From Lachnospiraceae bacterium (GTDB taxonomy: Bacteria > Bacillota > Clostridia > Lachnospirales > Lachnospiraceae), in the NCBI GenBank assembly GCA_022776305.1, contig JALFIB010000216.1, positions 12-64,011 of the forward strand: DNA of 64,000 nt, in the 5' to 3' direction. The position numbers and the translations under genes are program-made. How positions within the stretch are numbered: the stretch's first letter is position 1; the number at the start of each line of letters is the position of its first letter. Below the pieces are notes generated by a model that saw only the letters and a list, made by a program, of their open reading frames with translations, had not been told where the DNA came from and ran no database searches. Positions 1-10,023 of the stretch are shown in pieces.

Positions 1-1
1 G

Positions 2-295
2 GGCCATTTTAGGAGAAAAGGATGGCTGAATTGGTGTATGCTCCTTGCAATGATCATTCCCAACATCCTGAATGTATATTATTCTTATACAAATGATTAC
101 CAGCCTCAGGGAAGGTACAGTATGCCCATGTTCCTGCCACTGATGTATTTTGTAACCTTGGGCTACCGCAATATTATCACCCGGTGGGTAAAGGATGACC
201 ACTGGAGCAGGATCATATACCAGCATCTGGGGATATTTGCGATTATTTTAGGACTGTACAGCCATTTTGCTGTATTTTTGCCAAATTACACGTAG
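2..295 (+). CDS. C-terminal fragment of a polytopic membrane protein, probably GT-C-like/DUF2142-like (5' truncated by window edge)
   Basis: Frame is open from base 2; hydrophobic helices and a QPQGRY motif; lies in a polysaccharide cluster. Confidence 0.55.
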   Translation, partial: GHFRRKGWLNWCMLLAMIIPNILNVYYSYTNDYQPQGRYSMPMFLPLMYFVTLGYRNIITRWVKDDHWSRIIYQHLGIFAIILGLYSHFAVFLPNYT

Positions 296-326
296 GAAAG
301 AATTGGATCGGAAAGAGGGATGAAAA

Positions 327-1457
327 ATGATTGATTTTAATAAGGCACCGTGCACTGGAAAAGAACTGGCTTATATGCAGCAGGCTATGGCAAACGGTAA
401 ACTTTGCGGGGACGGGCCTTTCACAAAAAAATGCTCTGCATGGATGAGTGGCACCTTTCATGTCAACCACTGCCTGCTGACTACTTCCTGTACACACGCA
501 CTGGAAATGGCAGCATACCTTTCTGATATACAGCCGGGTGATGAAGTGATCATGCCTGCCTATACCTTTGTCTCAACGGCGGACGCTTTCGTTCTCAGGG
601 GAGCAAAGATCGTTTTTGTGGATATCCGCCCGGATACCATGAATATTGACGAGACATTGATCGAAGATGCCATCACAGAAAAGACGAAAGCTATCGTCCC
701 AGTGCATTATGCGGGCGTAGCTTGTGCCATGGACGAGATCCTCGCCATAGCGAAAAAGCATAATCTTCTTATTGTGGAAGATGCAGCGCAGGGTGTAAAC
801 GCCTGGTATAAAGGGAAAGCATTGGGCACCATAGGAGACTTCGGATGCTACAGTTTCCATGAGACAAAGAATTATACTATGGGCGAGGGCGGAGCCCTGC
901 TCTTCAATGACAGTAAATATCGGGAGAAAGCTGAAATTCTCCGGGAAAAGGGAACAGACCGCAGCAAATTCTTCCGCGGCCAGATCGATAAATATACCTG
1001 GGTGGATTATGGCTCTTCCTATCTTCCAAGCGATATGAATGCCGCTTACCTGTATGCCCAGCTGGAAATGGCAGAGGAGATCAATGATAAGCGGATGGAA
1101 ATATATGATTATTACAGGGAACATCTGGCACCGCTGGCAGAGCAGGGGGCAGTAGAGCTGCCATTTGTTCCGGATTATGCGAAACATAATGCGCATATGT
1201 TTTATATGAAAGTGAAGGATCTGGAAACACGGTCTGACTTTATTACTTATTTGAAAGAAAACGGGATTCATGCAGTGTTCCATTACATTCCCCTCCACAC
1301 CTCTACAGCAGGCAAGCGTTTTGGGCGTTTCCATGGGGAGGATGTCTACACTACAAAAGAAAGCGAACGTCTCGTGCGCCTTCCGCTGTTTTATAATCTG
1401 GAAATGGATCAGGTGCGCTACATCGTAGATACAATTTTAAAATATAAAGGATTTTAA
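327..1457 (+). CDS. rffA: dTDP-4-amino-4,6-dideoxygalactose transaminase (DegT/DnrJ/EryC1 family)
   Basis: Motifs LTTSCTHALEMAA, VEDAAQG and SFHETKN (PLP lysine), MGEGG. Confidence 0.9.
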   Translation: MIDFNKAPCTGKELAYMQQAMANGKLCGDGPFTKKCSAWMSGTFHVNHCLLTTSCTHALEMAAYLSDIQPGDEVIMPAYTFVSTADAFVLRGAKIVFVDIRPDTMNIDETLIEDAITEKTKAIVPVHYAGVACAMDEILAIAKKHNLLIVEDAAQGVNAWYKGKALGTIGDFGCYSFHETKNYTMGEGGALLFNDSKYREKAEILREKGTDRSKFFRGQIDKYTWVDYGSSYLPSDMNAAYLYAQLEMAEEINDKRMEIYDYYREHLAPLAEQGAVELPFVPDYAKHNAHMFYMKVKDLETRSDFITYLKENGIHAVFHYIPLHTSTAGKRFGRFHGEDVYTTKESERLVRLPLFYNLEMDQVRYIVDTILKYKGF

Positions 1458-1484
1458 GCTTGTATTTTCCGGACGGAGGAACTT

Positions 1485-3350
1485 ATGGGAGAGAAAGAAT
1501 ATGGGGTTCAGTGGGGAAGGCTTTTGGGAGCATTCTCCGTGGAACATATCAAAAAAGGATATCGGTATTTAAAAAGACACGGTTTCAAGCAGTTTCTGAT
1601 CCGCTTGATCGAGCGGTTCCAGTCACAGGATATCGATTATGAGACTTGGTTTGGGTTAAACAAGGTTCCGGAGGGCGAACTGGAACGCCAGAAGTCTGTA
1701 GTTTTTAAAAAACCTGCTAAGATCAGTATTGTGGTACCGCTGTACCAGACACCGGAGCGTTTCCTGAGGGAAATGATCGAATCAGTCTGCAGCCAGACCT
1801 ATGGAAATTGGGAGCTTTGCCTTGCCGACGCAAGCCCCCTTGCCGATGGGGATAAAACACTAGGAGAAGGCCGGAAGGAAAGCAGGACCACGAAGCTTAC
1901 CGGGATTGTAAAAGAATATATGGAAAAGGATGACAGGATACGTTACCGCATCCTTGAGAAGAATGGCGGCATTTCCGAAAACACCAATGAAGCCATCAAA
2001 ATGGCTACCGGGGATTTTGTGGGCCTTTTAGACCATGATGATCTTTTGGAGCGCGACGCTCTCTACGAGATCATGGAGAAGATCGCAAAAAATGATGAAA
2101 CCGACGTAGTCTATACGGATGAAGACAAGATCAACCGCAAGGGGACGAAGCACCTGATCCCCAATATGAAACCTGATTTTAATCTGGATCTTTTGCGATC
2201 CAACAATTACATCTGCCATTTTCTGGTGGTGAGAAAGAGTATCATTGATCAGGTGGGCGGCTTCCGGAAAGAATTCGACGGGGCGCAGGATTATGATTTT
2301 ACTTTCCGGTGTACGGAGGCGGCCAGAGTGGTGGCGCATGTTCCACGGGTGCTCTATCATTGGAGGACTCATTCCGGCTCCACATCCGATAATCCGGACA
2401 GTAAGATGTATGCCTTTGATGCGGGTAAACGTGCTGTTGAAGCACACCTTGCCAGAATGAAAGTAGAGGCAAAGGTGGAAGAGACGGATGACCTTGGATA
2501 TTACAGGATCCGCTACCAGCTAAAGGAGACACCGATGGTGTCCATCCTCATACCAAATAAAGACCAAAAGGAATCCCTGCAGAAATGCCTGCAGTCCATA
2601 TGGGAAAAGACGGAGTATGAGAACTATGAGATATTGATCGTAGAGAATAACAGTACGAAGGAGGAGACCTTCGCTTACTATAAAGAGATAGACAAGAAAA
2701 ACCGTGTCCGTGTACTGTATTGGGATAGGGAGTTTAATTATTCCGCCATCAACAATTTTGCGGCGCGGGAGGCAAAAGGAGAGTATCTCCTGCTGCTGAA
2801 CAACGATACGGAAGTGATCACAAAAGGCTGGATCAAAGAGCTTTTAAGCAATTGCGCCAGAAAAGAAGTAGGTATGGTGGGGGCAAAGCTGTATTTCCCG
2901 GACAATACCATTCAGTCCGCAGGGACCATCATCGGTCTGGGAGGTCTGGCAGACCATGCTTTTGTGAATATGTCGAGAAAACGCGCAGGCTATATGCACC
3001 GGGCATCCATCCAGATGAATTTAAGCGGTGTCACAGCTGCATGTGCCATGGTAAAGCGATCTGTCTATGAAGAGGTGGGGGGCCTTGAGGAGAAGCTCAG
3101 TGTGGCGTTCAATGACGTGGACCTGGGCCTGAAGATCGTGACAGCCGGGTATCTCATCGTATATGACCCCTTTGTAGAATTGTACCACTACGAATCAAGA
3201 TCAAGAGGGGTGGATGACGAAAAGCGGGAAAGACATAAAAAAGAAGTGCAGTATGCACAGGAGAAGTGGAAAGATTTCTTAGAGGCAGGAGATCCATGCT
3301 ACAGCCCGAACCTGACTTTGAGTAAGCACAATTTTTCGCTGCGGAAATAG
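1485..3350 (+). CDS. Tandem two-domain GT2 glycosyltransferase
   Basis: Two GT-A domains (SIVVPLY...LDHDD; SILIPNKD...LLNNDT); RBS GGAGG upstream. Confidence 0.9.
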   Translation: MGEKEYGVQWGRLLGAFSVEHIKKGYRYLKRHGFKQFLIRLIERFQSQDIDYETWFGLNKVPEGELERQKSVVFKKPAKISIVVPLYQTPERFLREMIESVCSQTYGNWELCLADASPLADGDKTLGEGRKESRTTKLTGIVKEYMEKDDRIRYRILEKNGGISENTNEAIKMATGDFVGLLDHDDLLERDALYEIMEKIAKNDETDVVYTDEDKINRKGTKHLIPNMKPDFNLDLLRSNNYICHFLVVRKSIIDQVGGFRKEFDGAQDYDFTFRCTEAARVVAHVPRVLYHWRTHSGSTSDNPDSKMYAFDAGKRAVEAHLARMKVEAKVEETDDLGYYRIRYQLKETPMVSILIPNKDQKESLQKCLQSIWEKTEYENYEILIVENNSTKEETFAYYKEIDKKNRVRVLYWDREFNYSAINNFAAREAKGEYLLLLNNDTEVITKGWIKELLSNCARKEVGMVGAKLYFPDNTIQSAGTIIGLGGLADHAFVNMSRKRAGYMHRASIQMNLSGVTAACAMVKRSVYEEVGGLEEKLSVAFNDVDLGLKIVTAGYLIVYDPFVELYHYESRSRGVDDEKRERHKKEVQYAQEKWKDFLEAGDPCYSPNLTLSKHNFSLRK

Positions 3351-3363
3351 GAGACAACAAAAC

Positions 3364-4353
3364 ATGCAGGAAGTTACAGTAGTAATACCGAACCTGAATG
3401 GAGAAATTTATATTCGGCCATGTCTTGACAGCCTGAGAAAACAGACGGCAGGAAGCTTTCCCATCCTTGTGATCGACAATGGTTCTGTTGACGGAAGCGT
3501 AAAGATCATAAGGGAGGAGTATCCGGAAGTCACCCTTGTGGCACTTGATAAGAACTACGGTTTCTGCAGGGCGGTGAATGAGGGGATAAAGAGGACGAAA
3601 ACTCCTTACGTGATCCTTTTAAACAATGACACTGTCTGTGAACCGGATTTTGTGCTGGAACTGACAAAGGCTATCAGCAAGGACGAGGGATGCTTTTCCT
3701 GTTCATCCAAGATGGTACGGATGGACAATCCCTCTCTCATGGACAACGCAGGGGATTATTACTGTGCGCTGGGGTGGGCTTTTGCCAGAGGAAAAGGAAA
3801 GGTTGCTGGAAATTATTCCGAAAAATGTGAGGTTTTTTCTGCATGCGCGGGGGCAGCTATTTACAGGATGTCGGTGCTGGAGAAAATCGGGCTTTTTGAT
3901 GAAGTGCATTTTGCCTATTTGGAAGATGTTGATGTTGCGTACAGGGCGAAAATCCAGGGATACCGCAATTACTATATCCCGGATGCAGTGGTGCGCCATG
4001 TGGGAAGTGCCACCAGTGGTTCCGTTTATAACGACTTCAAAGTGCGCCATTCTTCTAGAAACAGCATCTACCTGATCTACAAAAATATGCCTTTTTTGCA
4101 GATTTTGCTAAATTTTCCGTTGTTAGCCGCAGGTTTTTTTATAAAAATGGTCTTTTTTATACGGAAAGGTTATGGTAAAGTATATATCACCGGGTTGTGG
4201 AAAGGGATCAAACTCTGTGACAAGAGCAAGAAGGTGTCTTTCTGCCGGAAAAATATGGTACACTATTGCAGAATACAGTGCGAACTTTGGAAGAATACCG
4301 TCCGGAGGTTCTCCGGCGCTTTGCCCGGAGCTTGCAGGGGTGAGAAAATTTGA
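3364..4353 (+). CDS. GT2 glycosyltransferase (rhamnosyltransferase-like)
   Basis: VVIPNLNG, IDNGSVDGS, LLNNDT, YLEDVD motifs. Confidence 0.88.
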   Translation: MQEVTVVIPNLNGEIYIRPCLDSLRKQTAGSFPILVIDNGSVDGSVKIIREEYPEVTLVALDKNYGFCRAVNEGIKRTKTPYVILLNNDTVCEPDFVLELTKAISKDEGCFSCSSKMVRMDNPSLMDNAGDYYCALGWAFARGKGKVAGNYSEKCEVFSACAGAAIYRMSVLEKIGLFDEVHFAYLEDVDVAYRAKIQGYRNYYIPDAVVRHVGSATSGSVYNDFKVRHSSRNSIYLIYKNMPFLQILLNFPLLAAGFFIKMVFFIRKGYGKVYITGLWKGIKLCDKSKKVSFCRKNMVHYCRIQCELWKNTVRRFSGALPGACRGEKI

Positions 4354-5750
4354 TTAAAGACAACCAGAAATATTTTAATCGCATACAAGTGGTTCTTGAC
4401 GGAATTGTGATCATCGTATCTTACTTGATTGCATGGTACGGTATGATGGTGGCGGCTGACAGGGGAGAGATAGGTGTCCTGCCTGCAGAAATTTATATGA
4501 TGGCACTTTTATTTATTGTGCCATTTTTTCTGCTTTTATATTATGCCTGCAATCTATACACGCCGAAACGGGTACAGGGAAGGCGTCTGGAAGGCAGCAA
4601 TATCGTAAAAGCCAATGCATTGGGCGGCTTAAGCTTCATGGCCGTGCTCTACCTGCTGCACCAAGGGGATGTGTCACGATGGCTGGTGGGTGTATTCCTG
4701 ATCCTGAATGTCACCTTGACTTTCATTGAGCGGAATATCGTCCGTCTTGTGCTGAGGAATATCAGGAGGATCGGACTGAACCAGAAGCACGTGCTTTTGG
4801 TGGGATACAGCCGTGCTGCGGAGGAGTATATTGACAGGATCGTACAGAATCCTCAGTGGGGTTATAAGGTTATGGGGATCCTTGATGATAACGTTGCTCC
4901 CGGTACGTTGTACAGAAATATTGAGGTCCTTGGGTTTACGGAAAGCCTCAGCTATATTTTAGAGGGAAACCATCCGGATGAGATCGCCATCACTCTTGGT
5001 TTGAATGAATACAATAAATTGGAACGTATCGTTGCCATGTGCGAAAAATCAGGTGTGCACACGAAATTTATTCCGGATTACAGCAAGATCATCCCCACGA
5101 AACCGTATACAGAGGATCTATTAGGGCTTCCGGTGATCAATATCCGTCACGTACCTCTTTCCAATACGTTTAATATGTTTGTAAAGCGTGTGATGGATAT
5201 TGCCGGGGGCTTAGTCTGCATTGTACTGTTTTCTCCGATCATGCTGGTGACGGCGATTCTGATCAAGCTTACCTCCAAAGGCCCGCTGATTTTTAAACAG
5301 GAGAGAGTGGGGCTGAACAACGTGCCGTTCCAGATGTATAAATTCCGTTCTATGGAAGTGCAGACAGCAAAAGAGGAGAGCAAGGGCTGGACGGTGAAAA
5401 ACGATCCCCGTGTGACAAGGGTCGGGAAGGTCATCCGTAAGACCAGTATTGATGAGTTGCCCCAGCTGTTTAATGTATTGAAAGGGGATATGAGCCTGGT
5501 GGGACCTCGCCCTGAGCGCCCACAGTTTGTGGAAAAATTCCGCGAGGAGATTCCGCGGTATATGGTAAAGCATCAGGTGCGTCCCGGTATGACCGGCTGG
5601 GCACAGGTAAATGGGTACAGGGGAAATACTTCTATAAAGAAGAGGATTGATTATGATCTGTATTATATTGAGAACTGGACTGTAGGGCTTGATATAAAGA
5701 TCTTGTTTTTGACAGTGTTTAAGGGATTTGTAAATAAGAATGCATATTGA
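4350..5750 (+). CDS. Undecaprenyl-phosphate glucose phosphotransferase (priming sugar transferase, WcaJ/CpsE-like)
   Basis: N-terminal TM helices; C-terminal KFRSM, DPRVT, SIDELPQL, SLVGPRPE, PGMTGWAQ; TTG start overlapping the upstream stop. Confidence 0.92.
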   Translation: MIKDNQKYFNRIQVVLDGIVIIVSYLIAWYGMMVAADRGEIGVLPAEIYMMALLFIVPFFLLLYYACNLYTPKRVQGRRLEGSNIVKANALGGLSFMAVLYLLHQGDVSRWLVGVFLILNVTLTFIERNIVRLVLRNIRRIGLNQKHVLLVGYSRAAEEYIDRIVQNPQWGYKVMGILDDNVAPGTLYRNIEVLGFTESLSYILEGNHPDEIAITLGLNEYNKLERIVAMCEKSGVHTKFIPDYSKIIPTKPYTEDLLGLPVINIRHVPLSNTFNMFVKRVMDIAGGLVCIVLFSPIMLVTAILIKLTSKGPLIFKQERVGLNNVPFQMYKFRSMEVQTAKEESKGWTVKNDPRVTRVGKVIRKTSIDELPQLFNVLKGDMSLVGPRPERPQFVEKFREEIPRYMVKHQVRPGMTGWAQVNGYRGNTSIKKRIDYDLYYIENWTVGLDIKILFLTVFKGFVNKNAY

Positions 5751-5764
5751 AAGAGGGGAGCTTC

Positions 5765-7132
5765 ATGGCAGAAAGAAAAAATAGTAAAGGCAATAAGCGG
5801 AAACAGCAGGAATACTATGGCCAGGGCTATGACAGGCAGGGGTATCCGGGCCAAGGTTATGATGGTCAGGGGTATTCAGGCTATGACGGTCAGAGGTATC
5901 CGGGGCAAGGCTATAGCGGAGAAGGGTATCAGGGAGATCCCCAGGGATATTATGGCCAGGGCTACGGCGGACAGAGATATCAGGGAGATCCTCAGGGGTA
6001 TTATGGCCAGGGCTACGGCGGACAGGGATATCAGGGAGATCCTCAGGGGTATTATGGTCAGGGCTACGGCGGACAAGGGTATCCGGGCGGCCCGAAGGGG
6101 TATTATGATCCCCAGCAGCCGAAAAGGGGCGGAAAGAAAAAGAAAAAACGCAGGAAAACAATCTTTATCATTGAGATCATCGTACTGATTGTATTTGCTC
6201 TGGGCTTGGTGGCTGTGGCACAGCTTGGCCGCATCGACCGTGTAAAGCTGAAAGACATTATGGTAAACAGCGGAATCGGTAAAACCGGTTACCGCAATAT
6301 TGCACTGTTTGGTGTGGATTCCCGTGAAGGAGAGCTGGAAAGCGGTACCAACAGTGATACGATTATGGTGGCAAGTATCAATGAAAAAACAGGTGATATT
6401 AAGCTGGTATCCGTTTACCGCGATACTTACCTTGACAACACAAACGGAGAATACCGCAAGGCTACGGAATGCTTTTCCGGCGGCGGAGCGGAACGGTCTG
6501 TCAATATGCTGAACAAAAACCTGGATCTTGACATCACAGATTTTGTGACGGTAGATTTTAATGCAATCATTGAGGCAGTAGACCTGCTGGGAGGCATTGA
6601 ACTCGATATTACAGAAGAAGAGAGAGGATATTTAAACGGTTATCTGGTGGAGACCTCCCAGGTGACAGGGGTTCCTTATACAACGGTTGATTATGCAGGC
6701 ACCCAGACGGTGTCTGGCATTCAGGCAATGGCTTACTGCAGGATCCGTTATACGGAAGGCTGGGATTATAAACGTACAGAGCGTCAAAGAATCGTGCTCA
6801 GCAAGATTTTTGAAGGAGCTAAGAGTCAGGGCGTGACAAGCCTGCTTGCCATGGTAAACACAATGATGGATTACATTTCCACCAGTCTTAGCAATACAGA
6901 GCTTATAGCCCTTGCTACCGGCATTGCAAAATACAACATTGTGGATACCACTGGTTTCCCGTTTGAGAAGGCGGCAGCCAATATTGCAGCAGGAGACTGC
7001 GTCGTGCCGGTGAATCTGGCCGCAAACGTTACGGAGCTCCATCAATATTTGTTTGGTGATGAGAGTTATACCCCTTCCCAGACGGTACAGGAGATCAGTA
7101 ACAAGATCATTTCTGATACAGGCATCCAATGA
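5765..7132 (+). CDS. LCP (LytR-CpsA-Psr) family glycopolymer transferase with a Gly/Tyr/Gln-rich N-terminal extension
   Basis: NIALFGVDSR, SDTIMVAS, SVYRDT, YCRIR, RTERQR; single TM after a basic patch; start moved to the ATG after GAGGGGAG. Confidence 0.9.
   Translation: MAERKNSKGNKRKQQEYYGQGYDRQGYPGQGYDGQGYSGYDGQRYPGQGYSGEGYQGDPQGYYGQGYGGQRYQGDPQGYYGQGYGGQGYQGDPQGYYGQGYGGQGYPGGPKGYYDPQQPKRGGKKKKKRRKTIFIIEIIVLIVFALGLVAVAQLGRIDRVKLKDIMVNSGIGKTGYRNIALFGVDSREGELESGTNSDTIMVASINEKTGDIKLVSVYRDTYLDNTNGEYRKATECFSGGGAERSVNMLNKNLDLDITDFVTVDFNAIIEAVDLLGGIELDITEEERGYLNGYLVETSQVTGVPYTTVDYAGTQTVSGIQAMAYCRIRYTEGWDYKRTERQRIVLSKIFEGAKSQGVTSLLAMVNTMMDYISTSLSNTELIALATGIAKYNIVDTTGFPFEKAAANIAAGDCVVPVNLAANVTELHQYLFGDESYTPSQTVQEISNKIISDTGIQ
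5927..6079 (+). repeat. Three tandem 51-bp coding repeats (YQGDPQGYYGQGYGGQ[R/G]) with degenerate flanking units
   Basis: Units start at 5927, 5978 and 6029. Confidence 0.9.
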
Positions 7133-7193
7133 TGCAGGGTTGTGGAGTGCGCAGCAGGAAGCAATCCATAGGGTATCTGTTGGCCCAGACATC
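7131..7193 (+). mobile_element. MITE-like family copy 1 (degenerate, internally deleted)
   Basis: Starts GATGCAGG, then aligns to the last ~60 bp of the 24310-24493 element; flanks ATCCAAT / ATCCAGC. Confidence 0.7.
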
Positions 7194-7217
7194 ATCCAGC
7201 AAAAGACGGAGGTGGCA

Positions 7218-8135
7218 ATGCCAGATAAGACAATCGATGTGATCATACCGGTCTACCGTCCGGGTAAGGAGCTCAGGGAGCTTTTGATCAGGTTGACAAA
7301 ACAGACAGTAAAGCCGTCAAAGATCCTTTTGATGAATACAGAAAAAGAGTTCTTTGATGAAAACTTAATAGAAGGAATCGAAGATATTACAGTGGTACAC
7401 ATCCGCAAAAAAGATTTTGACCACGGAGGCACCCGCCATATTGCAGCAGAGATGGCAGACGGTGATTTCCTGTTGTTCATGACGCAGGATGCCATGCCAC
7501 AAGATGCTTTTCTTGTGGAAAACCTCGTAAAGCCATTTGCAGATGGCCAGGTGTGCGCCTCCTATGCCAGACAGCTTCCGGCAAAGGATTGCAATACCAT
7601 CGAACGATATACGAGGAAGTTTAATTACGGGCAGGAGAGCAGGATAAAAACGTCAGAGGATCTGCCGGAACTTGGCATTAAGACGTATTTCTGTTCGAAT
7701 GTGTGTGCCATGTACCGGAGAAGTGTTTATGAGGAGCTGGGAGGCTTTGAGCGGCGGACCATATTTAATGAAGATATGATCTTTGCGGGAAAGCTGGTAC
7801 AGTCCGGAAGGGCCATTGCCTACTGTGCTGATGCAAAAGTCATCCATTCCCACAATTATACGTGCATCCAACAGTTCCGCAGGAACTTTGACCTGGGGGT
7901 ATCCCAAGCGGAGCATCCGGAAATTTTCTCCGGTGTCCCATCAGAAGGTGAAGGGATCCGCATGGTAAAGAAGACGGCAGCTTATTTGCTGGAGCAGAAA
8001 AAAATATATCTGATCCCGAAGCTGGTGTTGCTGAGCGGTTGTAAATTTGTGGGATATCGACTTGGAAAAGGATACAAAAAGTTACCGAAATGGCTGATCG
8101 ACGTGTGCACCATGAATAAAGAGTATTGGAGGTAG
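7218..8135 (+). CDS. GT2 glycosyltransferase (rhamnosyltransferase-like)
   Basis: DVIIPVY, FDHGGTR, FMTQDA, FCSNVCAMY, EDM, HSHNY; RBS GGAGG before ATG 7218. Confidence 0.88.
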   Translation: MPDKTIDVIIPVYRPGKELRELLIRLTKQTVKPSKILLMNTEKEFFDENLIEGIEDITVVHIRKKDFDHGGTRHIAAEMADGDFLLFMTQDAMPQDAFLVENLVKPFADGQVCASYARQLPAKDCNTIERYTRKFNYGQESRIKTSEDLPELGIKTYFCSNVCAMYRRSVYEELGGFERRTIFNEDMIFAGKLVQSGRAIAYCADAKVIHSHNYTCIQQFRRNFDLGVSQAEHPEIFSGVPSEGEGIRMVKKTAAYLLEQKKIYLIPKLVLLSGCKFVGYRLGKGYKKLPKWLIDVCTMNKEYWR

Positions 8136-8142
8136 ATGAAGT

Positions 8143-9969
8143 ATGTGTGGTATTGTAGGATATATCGGAAAAGAACAGGCAGCACCGGTTTTATTGGACG
8201 GACTTGATAAGCTGGAGTATCGCGGATACGATTCTGCAGGAATAGCAGTTTTTGACGGGGAGAAGATCCAGAGTGCAAAGGCACGGGGACGGCTGAAGGT
8301 GCTCAGGGAGCTGACCCATGGGGGAGAAAAGCTTCCCGGTAACTGTGGTATTGGCCATACGAGATGGGCTACCCACGGAATCCCTTCCGACAAGAATGCC
8401 CATCCCCATTTCAATGAATCAGAGTCCATCGCTGTGGTTCACAATGGAATCATTGAAAATTACCTGAAGCTGAAAAATCATTTGATTGAAAAAGGATATA
8501 AATTTACATCGGATACAGATACAGAGGTAGTAGCACACCTGCTGGACTATTATTATAAAGGGGATCCGCTGGAGGCTGTGGTACGTATGATGCACCGTGT
8601 GGAAGGCTCCTATGCCCTTGGCATCCTCTTCCGTGACCATCCGGGCAAGTTATACGCAGTCCGCAAAGACAGCCCGCTGATCACAGGTACGTCCAAGACA
8701 GGAAACCTGATCGCTTCCGATGTGCCTGCAATCTTAAAATATACCAGAGATGTCTACTTCATCCAGAATGAGGAAATTGCCTGTCTGGAGGAAGACAGTA
8801 TTCATTTTTATAACATCGATGGGGAACCTATCGAAAAAGAAGCAGTGACCATCCAGTGGGATGTCTCTGCCGCAGAAAAAGCGGGATATGAGCATTTTAT
8901 GCTAAAAGAGATCTATGAGCAGCCTAAAGCGGTTCTGGATACTTTAAACCCGCGGATCCGTGATGGAAAGATTGAGATCGATGAGCTTGGAATGAGCGAC
9001 GATGAGATCAAGAAGATCAAAAAGATCTATATTGTAGCCTGTGGCTCAGCTTACCACACAGGTGTTACAGCAAAATACGTATTTGAAGGGATGGCAAGGA
9101 TCCCGGTGGAGGTAGACCTGGCATCAGAATTCCGTTACCGTGACCCTATCCTCGATGAGGACACCTTGCTGATCGTAGTGAGCCAGTCAGGAGAGACGGC
9201 AGATACTTTGGCGGCACTCCGGGAAGCGAAGGCGCGCAATGTGCGTACCCTTGGCATTGTTAATGTGGTGGGAAGCTCCATTGCCCGTGAGGCTGATAAC
9301 GTAATGTATACCTGGGCCGGTCCGGAGATTGCCGTGGCCACCACCAAGGCATACAGCACACAGCTGATCGCAGAGTATCTTCTTGCCATGAAATTTGCCC
9401 AGGTACGGGGAACCGTTACACAGCAGGAAATTGATGAGATGGTGGAAGCATTAAAGCAGCTTCCGGGGCAGATCGAACTACTGCTGGACCACAAAGAGAA
9501 GATCCAGAGATTTGCCAACCGTTATATTGCGGCAAGGGATATTTTCTTTATTGGAAGAGGTATCGATTATGCCATTTCCTTAGAGGGATCTTTAAAGTTA
9601 AAAGAGATCTCTTATATCCATTCCGAAGCCTATGCCGCAGGTGAATTAAAACATGGTACCATCTCCCTGATCGAAGAAGGCACGCTGGTTGCAGCTGTGC
9701 TCACACAGGAAGACCTGTATAAAAAGATGATCAGCAATATGGTAGAAGTAAAGACAAGGGGAGCTTTCCTTTTGGCAGTGACGAACATGGGAAATACGGA
9801 AGTGGAAAAAGCTGCGGATTATGTGATCTATATTCCTAAGACCCATAAATACTTTACCAATTCCCTTGCCGTGATACCGCTGCAGCTTTTCGGATACTAC
9901 GTGGCACTTGGAAAGGGATGCGACGTGGATAAGCCGCGAAACCTGGCAAAATCCGTGACGGTAGAGTAA
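8143..9969 (+). CDS. glmS: Glutamine--fructose-6-phosphate transaminase (isomerizing)
   Basis: MCGIVG start, EYRGYDSAG, GHTRWATHG, SQSGETADT, PRNLAKSVTVE end. Confidence 0.98.
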   Translation: MCGIVGYIGKEQAAPVLLDGLDKLEYRGYDSAGIAVFDGEKIQSAKARGRLKVLRELTHGGEKLPGNCGIGHTRWATHGIPSDKNAHPHFNESESIAVVHNGIIENYLKLKNHLIEKGYKFTSDTDTEVVAHLLDYYYKGDPLEAVVRMMHRVEGSYALGILFRDHPGKLYAVRKDSPLITGTSKTGNLIASDVPAILKYTRDVYFIQNEEIACLEEDSIHFYNIDGEPIEKEAVTIQWDVSAAEKAGYEHFMLKEIYEQPKAVLDTLNPRIRDGKIEIDELGMSDDEIKKIKKIYIVACGSAYHTGVTAKYVFEGMARIPVEVDLASEFRYRDPILDEDTLLIVVSQSGETADTLAALREAKARNVRTLGIVNVVGSSIAREADNVMYTWAGPEIAVATTKAYSTQLIAEYLLAMKFAQVRGTVTQQEIDEMVEALKQLPGQIELLLDHKEKIQRFANRYIAARDIFFIGRGIDYAISLEGSLKLKEISYIHSEAYAAGELKHGTISLIEEGTLVAAVLTQEDLYKKMISNMVEVKTRGAFLLAVTNMGNTEVEKAADYVIYIPKTHKYFTNSLAVIPLQLFGYYVALGKGCDVDKPRNLAKSVTVE

Positions 9970-10023
9970 GGACAGCGTGATTTTGCATACGGAAGGGAAA
10001 GCCCTTAATAGCAGGAGTGAAAG

